Below, piece by piece: positions 9,516 through 18,079 of a DNA stretch of 64,000 bases. The notes below the pieces were generated by a model, which saw nothing but the letters and a program-made list of their open reading frames with translations, was not told the origin of the DNA and ran no database searches. The stretch covers positions 14,361 through 78,360 of the forward strand of contig JBBUAW010000010.1 in the NCBI GenBank assembly GCA_038058475.1, read 5' to 3'. This stretch comes from Patescibacteria group bacterium (GTDB lineage Bacteria > Patescibacteriota > Minisyncoccia > Phycocordibacterales > JACOZG01). The translations under genes and the position numbers were made by a program. The first letter of the stretch is position 1, and every line of letters starts with the position of its first letter.

Positions 9516-10903
9516 AGCAAAGACATTAGCGCGTCGACGATACGTTGACTGGCCTGACCGTCGATCTGATAACACATCCGATCGCGTGCCCGCAATCGAT
9601 TATCGTGCTTATAGTCTGGTGTCCTCAAATAATGGTTCAGAGAAGTAATTAATTCTGTTTCGGATTTCACTAAATCAACCGCTTTTTCCGCCAAAACAGG
9701 AGCATAAACGGTGGGAGAATAGAGCAAATGAGAGACATCATGACCGTGTGCATCATAGAAGCTTTTATAGGCGGTATTGATAATCGGTTTATCAAAACAT
9801 AAAACATCTAAAACCAGAGTTGAACAAAGAGAGATTATGACATCGGCATGGTAAATTGTATTGGTAAACATTATCGTTTCAGTTACATTTGGGTCCCAGC
9901 CGTCCCAGAAAAAATTGGAGGGGGTATAGTTTTTATCCACAAACACTGTCTTTCCGTCAGCTAAGTGATCAAAACGACGGGTTGCCAAATCAGAAAAATG
10001 CGGTCGAATAATTAAATTGGTTGGAGCAATTAATTTATTACTTCGAACGGCCGCGATGATTGTCTGGGCGATGTTGCCGTCCACAGGAGTCCACCGACCA
10101 CTGGAACCCCAAAAAATAATTTTACGTTTCGGATCAAGTCCGGTTCGGCGACAAAATTCTTCTCTGGTCAATAAAATATTCGGCCGGCGGTACCAATCAA
10201 ATTGGGGAAAACCTGTTACTTTCACTCGTGCCGCTGGAAAATTTTGAATCCTGATGGCTTGCTGTCGCATTTCTGGATTTTGAACAATCAATAGATCCGG
10301 GGCATGCCGATATAATTTGGTATTAACATTATCCCAACCGCGAGGCATTGCTATTGTTTTAAGACCACGGTGACGCGCCTCTCTTAAAAATTCTAGGTCG
10401 AAACTGGAAATAATTGAGGTGGAAAAAACAATATCCGGCCGATATTTATCGAATAAAAAAGTATAAAAATGACTGGTAAAAAAAAATTGGTCAATAAAAC
10501 GAATAAACTTTTTGAGAAAATTTAACCGCGACGACAGTTGTAAAAATAATCGTTTTAGTTGGAACCAAACAACATTATCGTTATTTCTGACTCTACGAAT
10601 AAGACGGTTGCTGTAATCATAAACCAAGAAATCGGATAGATAACAAAAGATGCGATAAAATTTACGTTTAAGGAGGGGGTATTTCGGGGCGGAAGCTGAT
10701 TCCACTATCACTCGCGGCCCGGTAAATTCATCAGTGAGATATTTCGGGATGGGTTGACCAAAAGGATTATAAAAGACTATGACCACGCGCCAACCTTGAT
10801 TAGTCAATCGTTCAAGGACGCCGCTTCGTAAAATATTTCTGGTAATAGACCCCCGGGCAATGGGGATGAGAACAGCCCTCGGTTGATTAAATTGAGAAAT
10901 CAA
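9512..10903 (-). CDS. TagF-like CDP-glycerol/ribitol glycerophosphotransferase family protein (Glyphos_transf-like).
   Basis: The 463-aa ORF has segments IFWGSSGRW, LIIRPHFS and ADVIISLCSTLVLDVLCFDKPIINTAY. These match by eye the TagF/TagB motifs LYAPTWR, KxHP and ITDYSSvfFD...KPiI. It is a paralog of the 35828-37231 ORF. Confidence 0.5.
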   Translation of the reverse strand: MISQFNQPRAVLIPIARGSITRNILRSGVLERLTNQGWRVVIVFYNPFGQPIPKYLTDEFTGPRVIVESASAPKYPLLKRKFYRIFCYLSDFLVYDYSNRLIRRVRNNDNVVWFQLKRLFLQLSSRLNFLKKFIRFIDQFFFTSHFYTFLFDKYRPDIVFSTSIISSFDLEFLREARHRGLKTIAMPRGWDNVNTKLYRHAPDLLIVQNPEMRQQAIRIQNFPAARVKVTGFPQFDWYRRPNILLTREEFCRRTGLDPKRKIIFWGSSGRWTPVDGNIAQTIIAAVRSNKLIAPTNLIIRPHFSDLATRRFDHLADGKTVFVDKNYTPSNFFWDGWDPNVTETIMFTNTIYHADVIISLCSTLVLDVLCFDKPIINTAYKSFYDAHGHDVSHLLYSPTVYAPVLAEKAVDLVKSETELITSLNHYLRTPDYKHDNRLRARDRMCYQIDGQASQRIVDALMSLL

Positions 10904-10924
10904 GGTAGTATAAAATTAACATAA

Positions 10925-11908
10925 ATGATAAATCCATTTCAAGGTAAAACCGTTCTAATTACTGGTGGGACCGGCAGTTTCGGCAGTAATTTCGTGAAGC
11001 ATCTTTTGGTTGTGACTAAACCGAAAAAATTGGTTATTTTTAGCCGGGACGAGTTTAAACAACACTACCTAGCGAAAGAGTTAAACGACGAACGAACCAG
11101 ATTTTTTCTTGGCGATATCCGCGATTTAGGGAGACTCCAACGCGCTTTTCAAGGAATAGACATCATCATTCACGCCGCCGCTTTAAAACAAGTTCCAGCT
11201 CTGGAATACAATCCATTAGAAGCGGTCAAAACCAACATCCTCGGCACCCAAAATATTATCGAGGCAGCCATTGACCAGCAGGTAAAACGAGTGATTTTTA
11301 TTTCCACAGATAAAGCGGTTCAGCCGATTAATCTTTATGGCGCAACCAAATTATGCGCGGAAAAACTCTGGATTTCAGCTAACGCTTATTCACCAAAGAT
11401 TACTAAGTTCAGTGTTGTCCGCTATGGCAATGTGGTTGGCAGTCGCGGCAGCATTGTGGAATGGTTGAAACAAAATCATCAAACGCCGGTAGTTCATATT
11501 ACTGATCCAAAAATGACTCGTTTTTGGATGTCGCTGGAAAAAAGTTTCGCTTTAATCACCTTCGCAATCAAAGAAATGGTTGGTGGTGAAATTTTTATTC
11601 CGAGAATCCCGAGTATGCGTTTGGTGGATATTTTTAAAGTTCTAACACCGCGAGCTAAGCAAAAAATTATTGGCGCCAGGCCGGGTGAGAAAATTCACGA
11701 GATTTTGTTCACCGAGCATGAAGCGCGGCGGACTTTTGTGATTGGTGATTATTTTGTTATTGTGCCGGAACATCACACCTGGAACACCGGTGACCCTTAT
11801 CAAAAATATCTCAAACGAGGCAAAGCAATAGAAGATAATTTTATTTTTTCCAGCGAAACCAACAAACTTTGGTTGAGCCCGGAGCAATTGAAAAAAATTG
11901 TGGCATGA
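10925..11908 (+). CDS. pseB: UDP-N-acetylglucosamine 4,6-dehydratase (inverting), PseB.
   Basis: The N-terminus is KTVLITGGTGSFGSNFVKHLL...IFSRDEFKQ, and the ORF contains YGATKLC and VVRYGNVVGSRGS. It is collinear with the PseB/FlmA family at 327 aa. Confidence 0.85.
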   Translation: MINPFQGKTVLITGGTGSFGSNFVKHLLVVTKPKKLVIFSRDEFKQHYLAKELNDERTRFFLGDIRDLGRLQRAFQGIDIIIHAAALKQVPALEYNPLEAVKTNILGTQNIIEAAIDQQVKRVIFISTDKAVQPINLYGATKLCAEKLWISANAYSPKITKFSVVRYGNVVGSRGSIVEWLKQNHQTPVVHITDPKMTRFWMSLEKSFALITFAIKEMVGGEIFIPRIPSMRLVDIFKVLTPRAKQKIIGARPGEKIHEILFTEHEARRTFVIGDYFVIVPEHHTWNTGDPYQKYLKRGKAIEDNFIFSSETNKLWLSPEQLKKIVA

Positions 11909-13020
11909 TTTTTTACGGCCGACAAAATCTTGACCAATCAGATAAACAGGCGGTCATAAAGGTCTTGGATTCTAGTTGGTTAACTCAAGGACCAACCGTG
12001 GAAAGATTTGAAACCGGTTTGGCAAAAAAAGTTGCCGCGCGTTATGCGGTTGTCGTTTCAAGCGGCACTGCCGCGCTTCACTTGGCCTACTTGGTTGCTG
12101 GACTTGGTTTTGGCGACGAGGTTATTACCACGCCTAATACTTTTGTGGCCACCACTAATATGCTTTTAGCGGTTGGCGCTAAACCGGTTTTTTGCGATAT
12201 TCGTTTAGATACTTACAATATTGATGAATCAAAAATTGAGCAATTGATTACACCCCGCACTAGGGCGATTGTGCCAGTTCATTTCGCCGGCCATCCTTGC
12301 GAGATGAAAATTATAAATAAAATTGCTAAGAAATATAACCTTGGGGTGATTGAAGATGCTTGTCATGCACTCGGCGCGATTTATCAAAAACAACCAATTG
12401 GTTCGCTTAGCGATTTGACAATTTTTAGTTTTCATCCAGTCAAGGCAATTACCACTGGCGAAGGCGGGGCGATTGTTACCAATAATAAAATTTATTATGA
12501 ACGTCTTAAACTGTTGCGCAGTCATGGTGTCATAAAAGACCAGCGCGGTTTTAATGCAATGACGATGCTTGGTTATAATTATCGCCTGACAGATATTCAG
12601 GCCGCCCTTGGTATCAGTCAACTAAGAAAACTGCCGTCTTTTATTAAAAAAAGACATCAAGTCATTGACTGGTATGAACGAGAATTGTCTAGGGTAAACG
12701 AAATTATTTTACCGACGGAACAACCGGGAAATTATGCCGGTTGGCATTTATATGTCATCCGAGTAAAAAATCCGCGTCAACGTCTTTCGCTTATGAGTTG
12801 GCTCCGTGAACACAATATCGGCGTTAACTTTCATTATCCAGCAGTTTATTCTCATCCTTATTATCAACAAACTGGCTATGATAAAATTAAATTACCGAAC
12901 GCCGAAATTTATCATGAAAGTGCTTTGACTCTACCCCTTCATACTAAATTAACCAAAAAGGAGGTTGATTATATTGTTCGAATGATTGGAAGATTTTTTA
13001 ATTCTCCAACTAAAGTATGA
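11905..13020 (+). CDS. pseC: DegT/DnrJ/EryC1-family PLP aminotransferase, PseC-like (UDP-4-amino-4,6-dideoxy-N-acetyl-beta-L-altrosamine transaminase).
   Basis: I placed the start at MIFYGRQNL (ATG 11905, an ATGA overlap with the pseB stop). The motifs LTQGP, ITTPNTFVATTNMLL, FSFHPVKAITTGEGGAIVTN, LRSHG and the SQL Lys region match PseC. Confidence 0.8.
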   Translation: MIFYGRQNLDQSDKQAVIKVLDSSWLTQGPTVERFETGLAKKVAARYAVVVSSGTAALHLAYLVAGLGFGDEVITTPNTFVATTNMLLAVGAKPVFCDIRLDTYNIDESKIEQLITPRTRAIVPVHFAGHPCEMKIINKIAKKYNLGVIEDACHALGAIYQKQPIGSLSDLTIFSFHPVKAITTGEGGAIVTNNKIYYERLKLLRSHGVIKDQRGFNAMTMLGYNYRLTDIQAALGISQLRKLPSFIKKRHQVIDWYERELSRVNEIILPTEQPGNYAGWHLYVIRVKNPRQRLSLMSWLREHNIGVNFHYPAVYSHPYYQQTGYDKIKLPNAEIYHESALTLPLHTKLTKKEVDYIVRMIGRFFNSPTKV

Positions 13021-13649
13021 GCACCGAGCAAGAGCGATTTTGGCAATCAACATTTGGAGACGAATACAGTGACCGCAATGATATGGGTGTTCAGGCCCTC
13101 AATTTAATGTATACCACGCGATACGGCAGTTCAAGAAGTGTAATGAACCGGGAATTTTTGTCGGGGCGAGACATTTCAACAATTTTTGAGGTCGGCTGTA
13201 ATATTGGCAATCAACTCTCCCTGCTTTCACAAATGGGATTCAATAATCTGACTGGTATTGAAATTAATGCTCGAGCGGTCAAAACCGCAAAAAAACGACT
13301 TCCAAATGCGAACATCATACAGGGTAGCGCCTTGGCTCTCCCCTTTCCAAACAATTATTTTGACCTTGTTTTTACCGCGGGCGTACTTATTCATATCCGG
13401 CCAGGAGATGTCGAGAAAGCAATGGCCGAGATTCATCGTGTGAGCAAACGTTATATTTGGGGATTTGAATATTTTGCGCCCATTCGCGAGGAAATTATAT
13501 ATCGCGGGCATAAAAATCGGCTTTGGAAAACGGATTTTGCGAGATTATACCGTGATTTGTTTCCTGATTTGATGCTTCTGCAAGAGAAACGGTATCAATA
13601 CTCGACTGACAAGAATATAGACAGTATGTTTCTTCTTGAGAAGACATAA
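13017..13649 (+). CDS. Class I SAM-dependent methyltransferase embedded in the pse operon.
   Basis: It has a motif I-like segment IFEVGCNIGNQLSL and LVFTAGVLIHI. It is translationally coupled to pseC (ATGA overlap). Confidence 0.55.
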   Translation: MSTEQERFWQSTFGDEYSDRNDMGVQALNLMYTTRYGSSRSVMNREFLSGRDISTIFEVGCNIGNQLSLLSQMGFNNLTGIEINARAVKTAKKRLPNANIIQGSALALPFPNNYFDLVFTAGVLIHIRPGDVEKAMAEIHRVSKRYIWGFEYFAPIREEIIYRGHKNRLWKTDFARLYRDLFPDLMLLQEKRYQYSTDKNIDSMFLLEKT

Positions 13650-13650
13650 T

Positions 13651-14430
13651 ATGGAAAAGGTTGGGATCATTATTCAAGCGCGAATGAGTTCAACCCGTTT
13701 ACCGGGAAAAGTGCTTTTACCTCTGGCTGGAAAAGAAATGCTTTGGCATGTGGTTGAACGATGTCGTCGAAGCCGGCGGGCCCATAACGTTATAGTTGCG
13801 ACTTCAAGCGACCGGAGTGACGATGTTTTAGCCGGGTGGTGTAAAAAAAACAGCATTCCAGTTTTTCGGGGAAACCTTGATAATGTTCTCTCTCGTTATT
13901 TCAATTGTGCCAAGAAAAATAATTTAGACATTATTGTCCGCATTACCTCTGACTGTCCGCTCGTCGACCCGTCTTCCATTGATGAAATTTTGCGCGTGCT
14001 TAATACAGGAAGAACCAAACACGTTGAGTATGTTAGTAATCTCCTTGACCGAAACTATCCTAGGGGTCTTGACTGTGAGGCCTTTACTTTTTCGGTCCTG
14101 AAAAATGCCCATAAAAAGGCAATAGACGCCTTTGATAAAGAACATGTCACTCCTTATATAATAAAAAATGCACGCACCTGCCCTTACACCATGCCGAAAA
14201 AGTTACAAGGTAATTATCGACTCACAGTTGATGAGAAAAACGATTACAAACTCATTAAACTTATATACGACAATTTTTATAAAAATGGAGATATTATTAA
14301 TGTCTGTGACGTATTAAAATTCCTGAGTAAAAATAAGAGAGTGGCAATTATTAACAAAAATGTTAAACAAAAAGATAAAGAACGACAGAAACAAATCGTA
14401 GAAGCAGCAAAACAAAAGTTATTATTCTAG
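13651..14430 (+). CDS. CMP-nonulosonate synthetase / acylneuraminate cytidylyltransferase family (CTP_transf_3; PseF/LegF/SpsF-like).
   Basis: The N-terminus MEKVGIIIQARMSSTRLPGKVLLPLAG is the signature of this family. The track ORF starts earlier at 13636. Confidence 0.7.
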   Translation: MEKVGIIIQARMSSTRLPGKVLLPLAGKEMLWHVVERCRRSRRAHNVIVATSSDRSDDVLAGWCKKNSIPVFRGNLDNVLSRYFNCAKKNNLDIIVRITSDCPLVDPSSIDEILRVLNTGRTKHVEYVSNLLDRNYPRGLDCEAFTFSVLKNAHKKAIDAFDKEHVTPYIIKNARTCPYTMPKKLQGNYRLTVDEKNDYKLIKLIYDNFYKNGDIINVCDVLKFLSKNKRVAIINKNVKQKDKERQKQIVEAAKQKLLF

Positions 14431-15702
14431 TGCTGTAATTAATTTTTCTTCAAGTAATTTTTCTGCCAGAGAGTATAGTTCATTGACAGGGACTTTTATT
14501 TTATTGCTAATGTCAAGCAGGTCATTTGAACCATCCGCGTAGGCCAGAAAATCAATGATCAGTTTCGCTTTACTCGCGACTGATCCCTTACTACTGATTG
14601 TTGGATAAAGTCCTCTTTTGCCAAGTTGTGGCTCACACAAACAAGTGTTCTGATAACGATAATTACATTCTATAACTTCAAGGATATTTTTCAGAAGTTC
14701 ATGCGAATCGGAAAGTCCTTTTGGTGTAACGAGAGTAAGGTTATCAAATGAGGTGTGATATTCCGGGTATGTTCCATATTTACTCCGAGAGATGGAGACC
14801 ACGGGTAAATCAATACCCGGGGAATTGTATTGCCGTTCATCACTTCCCCTATCAAGATAAGAATATCGTGTAAAGTTCTGGCCTAGTGATTCAAAAACAT
14901 ATTGCGCAATCTTATCCGCGTAGGTATCGCCATTTCTGCTCGAAACATAAGAATAATTTTTCTCATCACCGACACAACTAATGTTAAAGCCGGCGACAAT
15001 TGCATTTTTCATCACATCAATATTTCTACTGAGATAAGTTATTGCCCCGATTGTTTCTGGAATAAAAATAATTCGATAGGTATATCTTCGTTTTTTGGTT
15101 AAAATCCATTTTACGAGAAAAGTTGTCACCACCGGACCCGATAATTCATTGTTAGCCATAGAAGGATGACAGACATAAGTTGAGAGAAATATCTCTTTTT
15201 TTGATAAACCGGGAATGATAATTTCTCCAAATGTTAAAAAACCGTTTTTTAATTCACTGTCAATAAAAACTTTATATACCCCGTCTTTCAATTTGGCTCT
15301 TTGTTTATGGGTAATACAAAATCCCCAGTTTTCTGCAAAATACGAGGTAACGTACGGAACGGCCTCCGGCTGGTTTGGCAATGAATAAAGATGTTCATTT
15401 AGTTCGGGGAGGGTAATTTCTTTATTAATTGGAATAGAATAGCCTACCACATGAAGATTGCTTTTTTTAAAATCAACAATTTTGTTTCCTTGCGGGTCAA
15501 GGATGTAAGCATCTTTAATGTTCCATTCTTTGGGGACCACCCAATCAAAAGCTTTGGTTTCTGTGGCCACTTCAAAAATGTTTATTGGCGCGTGTCTTTG
15601 TAAAATTTTTAATGTCTGCCTAACACCATTGCCGGTAATACTGCGGCAAATTGGAAAAAGTTCTTTCATTAATTCATACATCTCATTTGCTATTTTATTC
15701 AT
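14422..15702 (-). CDS. M28-peptidase-like fold protein (DUF4910/DUF2172-type), often found with sugar N-acetyltransferases in glycan loci.
   Basis: The 426-aa ORF is recognisable only by its overall aminopeptidase-like layout (HPSMANNELSGPVV segment). It is paired with the AAC(3)-like gene immediately upstream. Confidence 0.4.
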   Translation of the reverse strand: MNKIANEMYELMKELFPICRSITGNGVRQTLKILQRHAPINIFEVATETKAFDWVVPKEWNIKDAYILDPQGNKIVDFKKSNLHVVGYSIPINKEITLPELNEHLYSLPNQPEAVPYVTSYFAENWGFCITHKQRAKLKDGVYKVFIDSELKNGFLTFGEIIIPGLSKKEIFLSTYVCHPSMANNELSGPVVTTFLVKWILTKKRRYTYRIIFIPETIGAITYLSRNIDVMKNAIVAGFNISCVGDEKNYSYVSSRNGDTYADKIAQYVFESLGQNFTRYSYLDRGSDERQYNSPGIDLPVVSISRSKYGTYPEYHTSFDNLTLVTPKGLSDSHELLKNILEVIECNYRYQNTCLCEPQLGKRGLYPTISSKGSVASKAKLIIDFLAYADGSNDLLDISNKIKVPVNELYSLAEKLLEEKLITALE

Positions 15703-15704
15703 TT

Positions 15705-16511
15705 TTATTTTTCGATTAAAAACCGAGGGGTTTCCCTAAGTTTGCGCGCTATTATTTTGTAAACAGCCTGCGCGCCGACCAAACGCACTTGGGAATATCC
15801 TAACTTACTTTTCCTCAAAATTCCCTGGTGACCCAAAAAACTGGCAATTCCCTCAAGGTCATATGTGACACTGCCATCAAGTGGCCTGACGAAGTAATCA
15901 AAAGTTCGTTTGACGAGCTTATCACCAATTAATATTTTTCCTGTAAATTTTTTGATGAAGCGATATGGAACATGACAATCTTGTTCAATAAAATGTAAAT
16001 AAGTTAAGGAAAAAATTTCTCCAAGAAATAAAATTGTAAAATCCGCGTCATGGATTTTCTGGAAAATTGACTTATCACCGAAGCAATCAGAACCGACTGT
16101 CTGATAAAATTCCTGATTGGCGCCCCAAACTGCTACTGAAAAAATCGGGTCAATCGTCCGTACGACGCCGGTCAATTGTCTGAAATATTCTGTCAAACTA
16201 CCGACCGTGGATGGTGTCTTCCGCGGATCAAAAACCTCACCGCGGCAAAAAGAATATGAGAAGGTCGGCATAATGACTGTCCCTCGTTTACCAACCAGAT
16301 TGACGAGTGCTTGGATAAAAGCGTCGAGATATCGTTTTTTTTTAATTTTGGGGTTTACCCTACCGAATGACCTTAAATCCGAATGGACAAATAATTTATC
16401 TCCCCGTCCAATACCAATAGCTGCCAACGCCCCAACAAGATCTTTGGTCAAGAATTTTTGACCGCCATATTCAAAAAGATAGGGATTAGATTTATTCATA
16501 ACTTCTTGCAT
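15705..16511 (-). CDS. AAC(3)-family (Antibiotic_NAT fold) N-acetyltransferase, a putative amino-sugar N-acetyltransferase.
   Basis: The N-terminal LTKDLVGALAAIGIGRGDKLFVHSDLRSFG matches the aminoglycoside 3-N-acetyltransferase N-terminus. The real ATG is at 16511. The track start at 16514 is a TTG. Confidence 0.6.
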   Translation of the reverse strand: MQEVMNKSNPYLFEYGGQKFLTKDLVGALAAIGIGRGDKLFVHSDLRSFGRVNPKIKKKRYLDAFIQALVNLVGKRGTVIMPTFSYSFCRGEVFDPRKTPSTVGSLTEYFRQLTGVVRTIDPIFSVAVWGANQEFYQTVGSDCFGDKSIFQKIHDADFTILFLGEIFSLTYLHFIEQDCHVPYRFIKKFTGKILIGDKLVKRTFDYFVRPLDGSVTYDLEGIASFLGHQGILRKSKLGYSQVRLVGAQAVYKIIARKLRETPRFLIEK

Positions 16512-16522
16512 CAAATATATTA

Positions 16523-16543
16523 GATAGTATAGTGGATAGTGAA
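16523..16543. promoter_or_regulatory. Triple ATAGT direct repeat (ATAGT ATAGT GG ATAGT) in the 40-nt divergent intergenic region between the AAC(3)-like and CmcI-like genes.
   Basis: I read this directly in the sequence tagatagtatagtggatagtg. Its position between two divergent start codons suggests an operator or promoter element. Confidence 0.25.
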
Positions 16544-16551
16544 AAATTTCA

Positions 16552-17274
16552 ATGATTAAAGATTTATTAAAAACATTAAAATTTGAGGCGCTTTTATTTA
16601 AAAACCTACTCTATCGTAGGACATATATAAATTCCAAATTAGAAAAAGATATCGTTAATCAATTTCATAGACTTTATTATGACTCCAGACTTTTTGGCAG
16701 AGGTTTTCGTAATACTTTTTGGCTGGGAATTCCGACTTTCAAATGTCCTTTAGACCTCTGGATTTATCAGGAAATTATTTTTGAACAGAAACCCGACCTC
16801 ATAATAGAATGTGGAACGGCCAAGGGCGGCAGTGCTCTTTTCTTGGCATCTATATGTGAGGGAGTCAATCGGGGAGAAATTGTAACAATTGATATTGTAG
16901 AGGATGAGGGTCGGCCGAAACATAACCGAATAACATATTTGACCGGAGTATCAACTTCAGAAAAAATCTTGAGGAAAGTTGAGGAAATTGCCAAAAATAA
17001 AGAAGGGGTAATCGTGATATTAGATTCAGACCACACAAAAGATAATGTACTTAATGAGTTGCGACGATATAATAAGTTCGTAAACAAAGGGGGTTATCTG
17101 ATTGTTGAAGATACAAATCTAAATGGTCATCCAGTAGTTCCAAATTTTGGCCCAGGCCCGATGGAAGCAGTTGAAGAATTTATGAGGGAAAATAAAAAAT
17201 TTATTATAGATAAAGAAAAAGAAAAATTTTATCTGACATTTAGTCCAAATGGATTCTTGAAAAGAATTATTTAG
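16552..17274 (+). CDS. CmcI-family (cephalosporin hydroxylase-like) class I methyltransferase, a sugar O-methyltransferase type.
   Basis: The segment WLGIPTFKCPLDLWIYQEIIFEQKPDLIIECGTAKGGSALFLA is characteristic of the CmcI family. Confidence 0.6.
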   Translation: MIKDLLKTLKFEALLFKNLLYRRTYINSKLEKDIVNQFHRLYYDSRLFGRGFRNTFWLGIPTFKCPLDLWIYQEIIFEQKPDLIIECGTAKGGSALFLASICEGVNRGEIVTIDIVEDEGRPKHNRITYLTGVSTSEKILRKVEEIAKNKEGVIVILDSDHTKDNVLNELRRYNKFVNKGGYLIVEDTNLNGHPVVPNFGPGPMEAVEEFMRENKKFIIDKEKEKFYLTFSPNGFLKRII

Positions 17275-17290
17275 TTGATAACTAAAGAGG

Positions 17291-18070
17291 TTGGGTGTAC
17301 TATCAAAAGACAAACTGAAATTAATCATGAGAACCGCACAGGAAAACAGCTATAGCGAGAATCTCTCACACCATGTCGCCAAACTAATTACCGGTCGAAC
17401 CAAAACCGGCCAAGAAATAGCGGAGGATTTTCCTCTTTATGCCCCGCGACAGAATTTGAGTCGTTTTTTGGTTCGTCATGAATTATTTAAAAAGGTGATT
17501 TTTCTTAAGGGGTCAATCATTGAAGGCGGTGTTTTCCGTGGAGCCGGTTTGATGAGTTGGGCACAATTATCCGCTATTTATGAGCCGACTAATTATCAAA
17601 GGCAGATTATCGGCTTTGATACTTTTGCCGGATTTCCTAACATCAAACCAGTAGATACGGGAGGACGAATAAAAAATCCGTTGGCCAAACGTGGTGGTTT
17701 GGCTAACAATTCTTATCGCGAGCTAGAAACAGTTATTAAACTTTACGATGCCAATCGTGGACTGTCTCATATGCCCAAAGTAAATTTAATCAGGGGTAAT
17801 TTTATGAAGACAGGCAAGACTTATATAAAACAAAATCCCCACTTAATTATCTCTCTCCTCTATCTCGATTTTGATATTTACGAGCCGACGAGAGAAGCTT
17901 TGAGGCTCTTCCTTCCTCGGATGTCAAAAGGCAGTGTTGTTGCTTTCGACGAGGTTAATAACCCCGACTGGCCAGGGGAAACAGAGGCGCTTCTTGAGAG
18001 TCTTAATCTCAATCATTACCCTCTTCAACAGTTTCCCTATGAGCCAAATATTTCCTTTTTGACTTTGTAG
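17291..18070 (+). CDS. TylF/MycF-family sugar O-methyltransferase (second copy).
   Basis: It has GGVFRGAGLMSW, QIIGFDTFAGF and VAFDEV motifs. It is a paralog of the 1100-1861 ORF. Confidence 0.6.
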   Translation: MGVLSKDKLKLIMRTAQENSYSENLSHHVAKLITGRTKTGQEIAEDFPLYAPRQNLSRFLVRHELFKKVIFLKGSIIEGGVFRGAGLMSWAQLSAIYEPTNYQRQIIGFDTFAGFPNIKPVDTGGRIKNPLAKRGGLANNSYRELETVIKLYDANRGLSHMPKVNLIRGNFMKTGKTYIKQNPHLIISLLYLDFDIYEPTREALRLFLPRMSKGSVVAFDEVNNPDWPGETEALLESLNLNHYPLQQFPYEPNISFLTL

Positions 18071-18079
18071 ATTAAAAAA

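Noticed and set aside
16334..16342. The T9 homopolymer inside the AAC(3)-like gene, as a possible phase-variation site. Other A/T runs of 8-9 nt lie near 20443 and 55059.
   Set aside because: These runs encode in-frame poly-Lys or lie in intergenic DNA and currently disrupt nothing. Such runs are common in AT-rich DNA. Only the (CT)8 tract actually breaks a gene.
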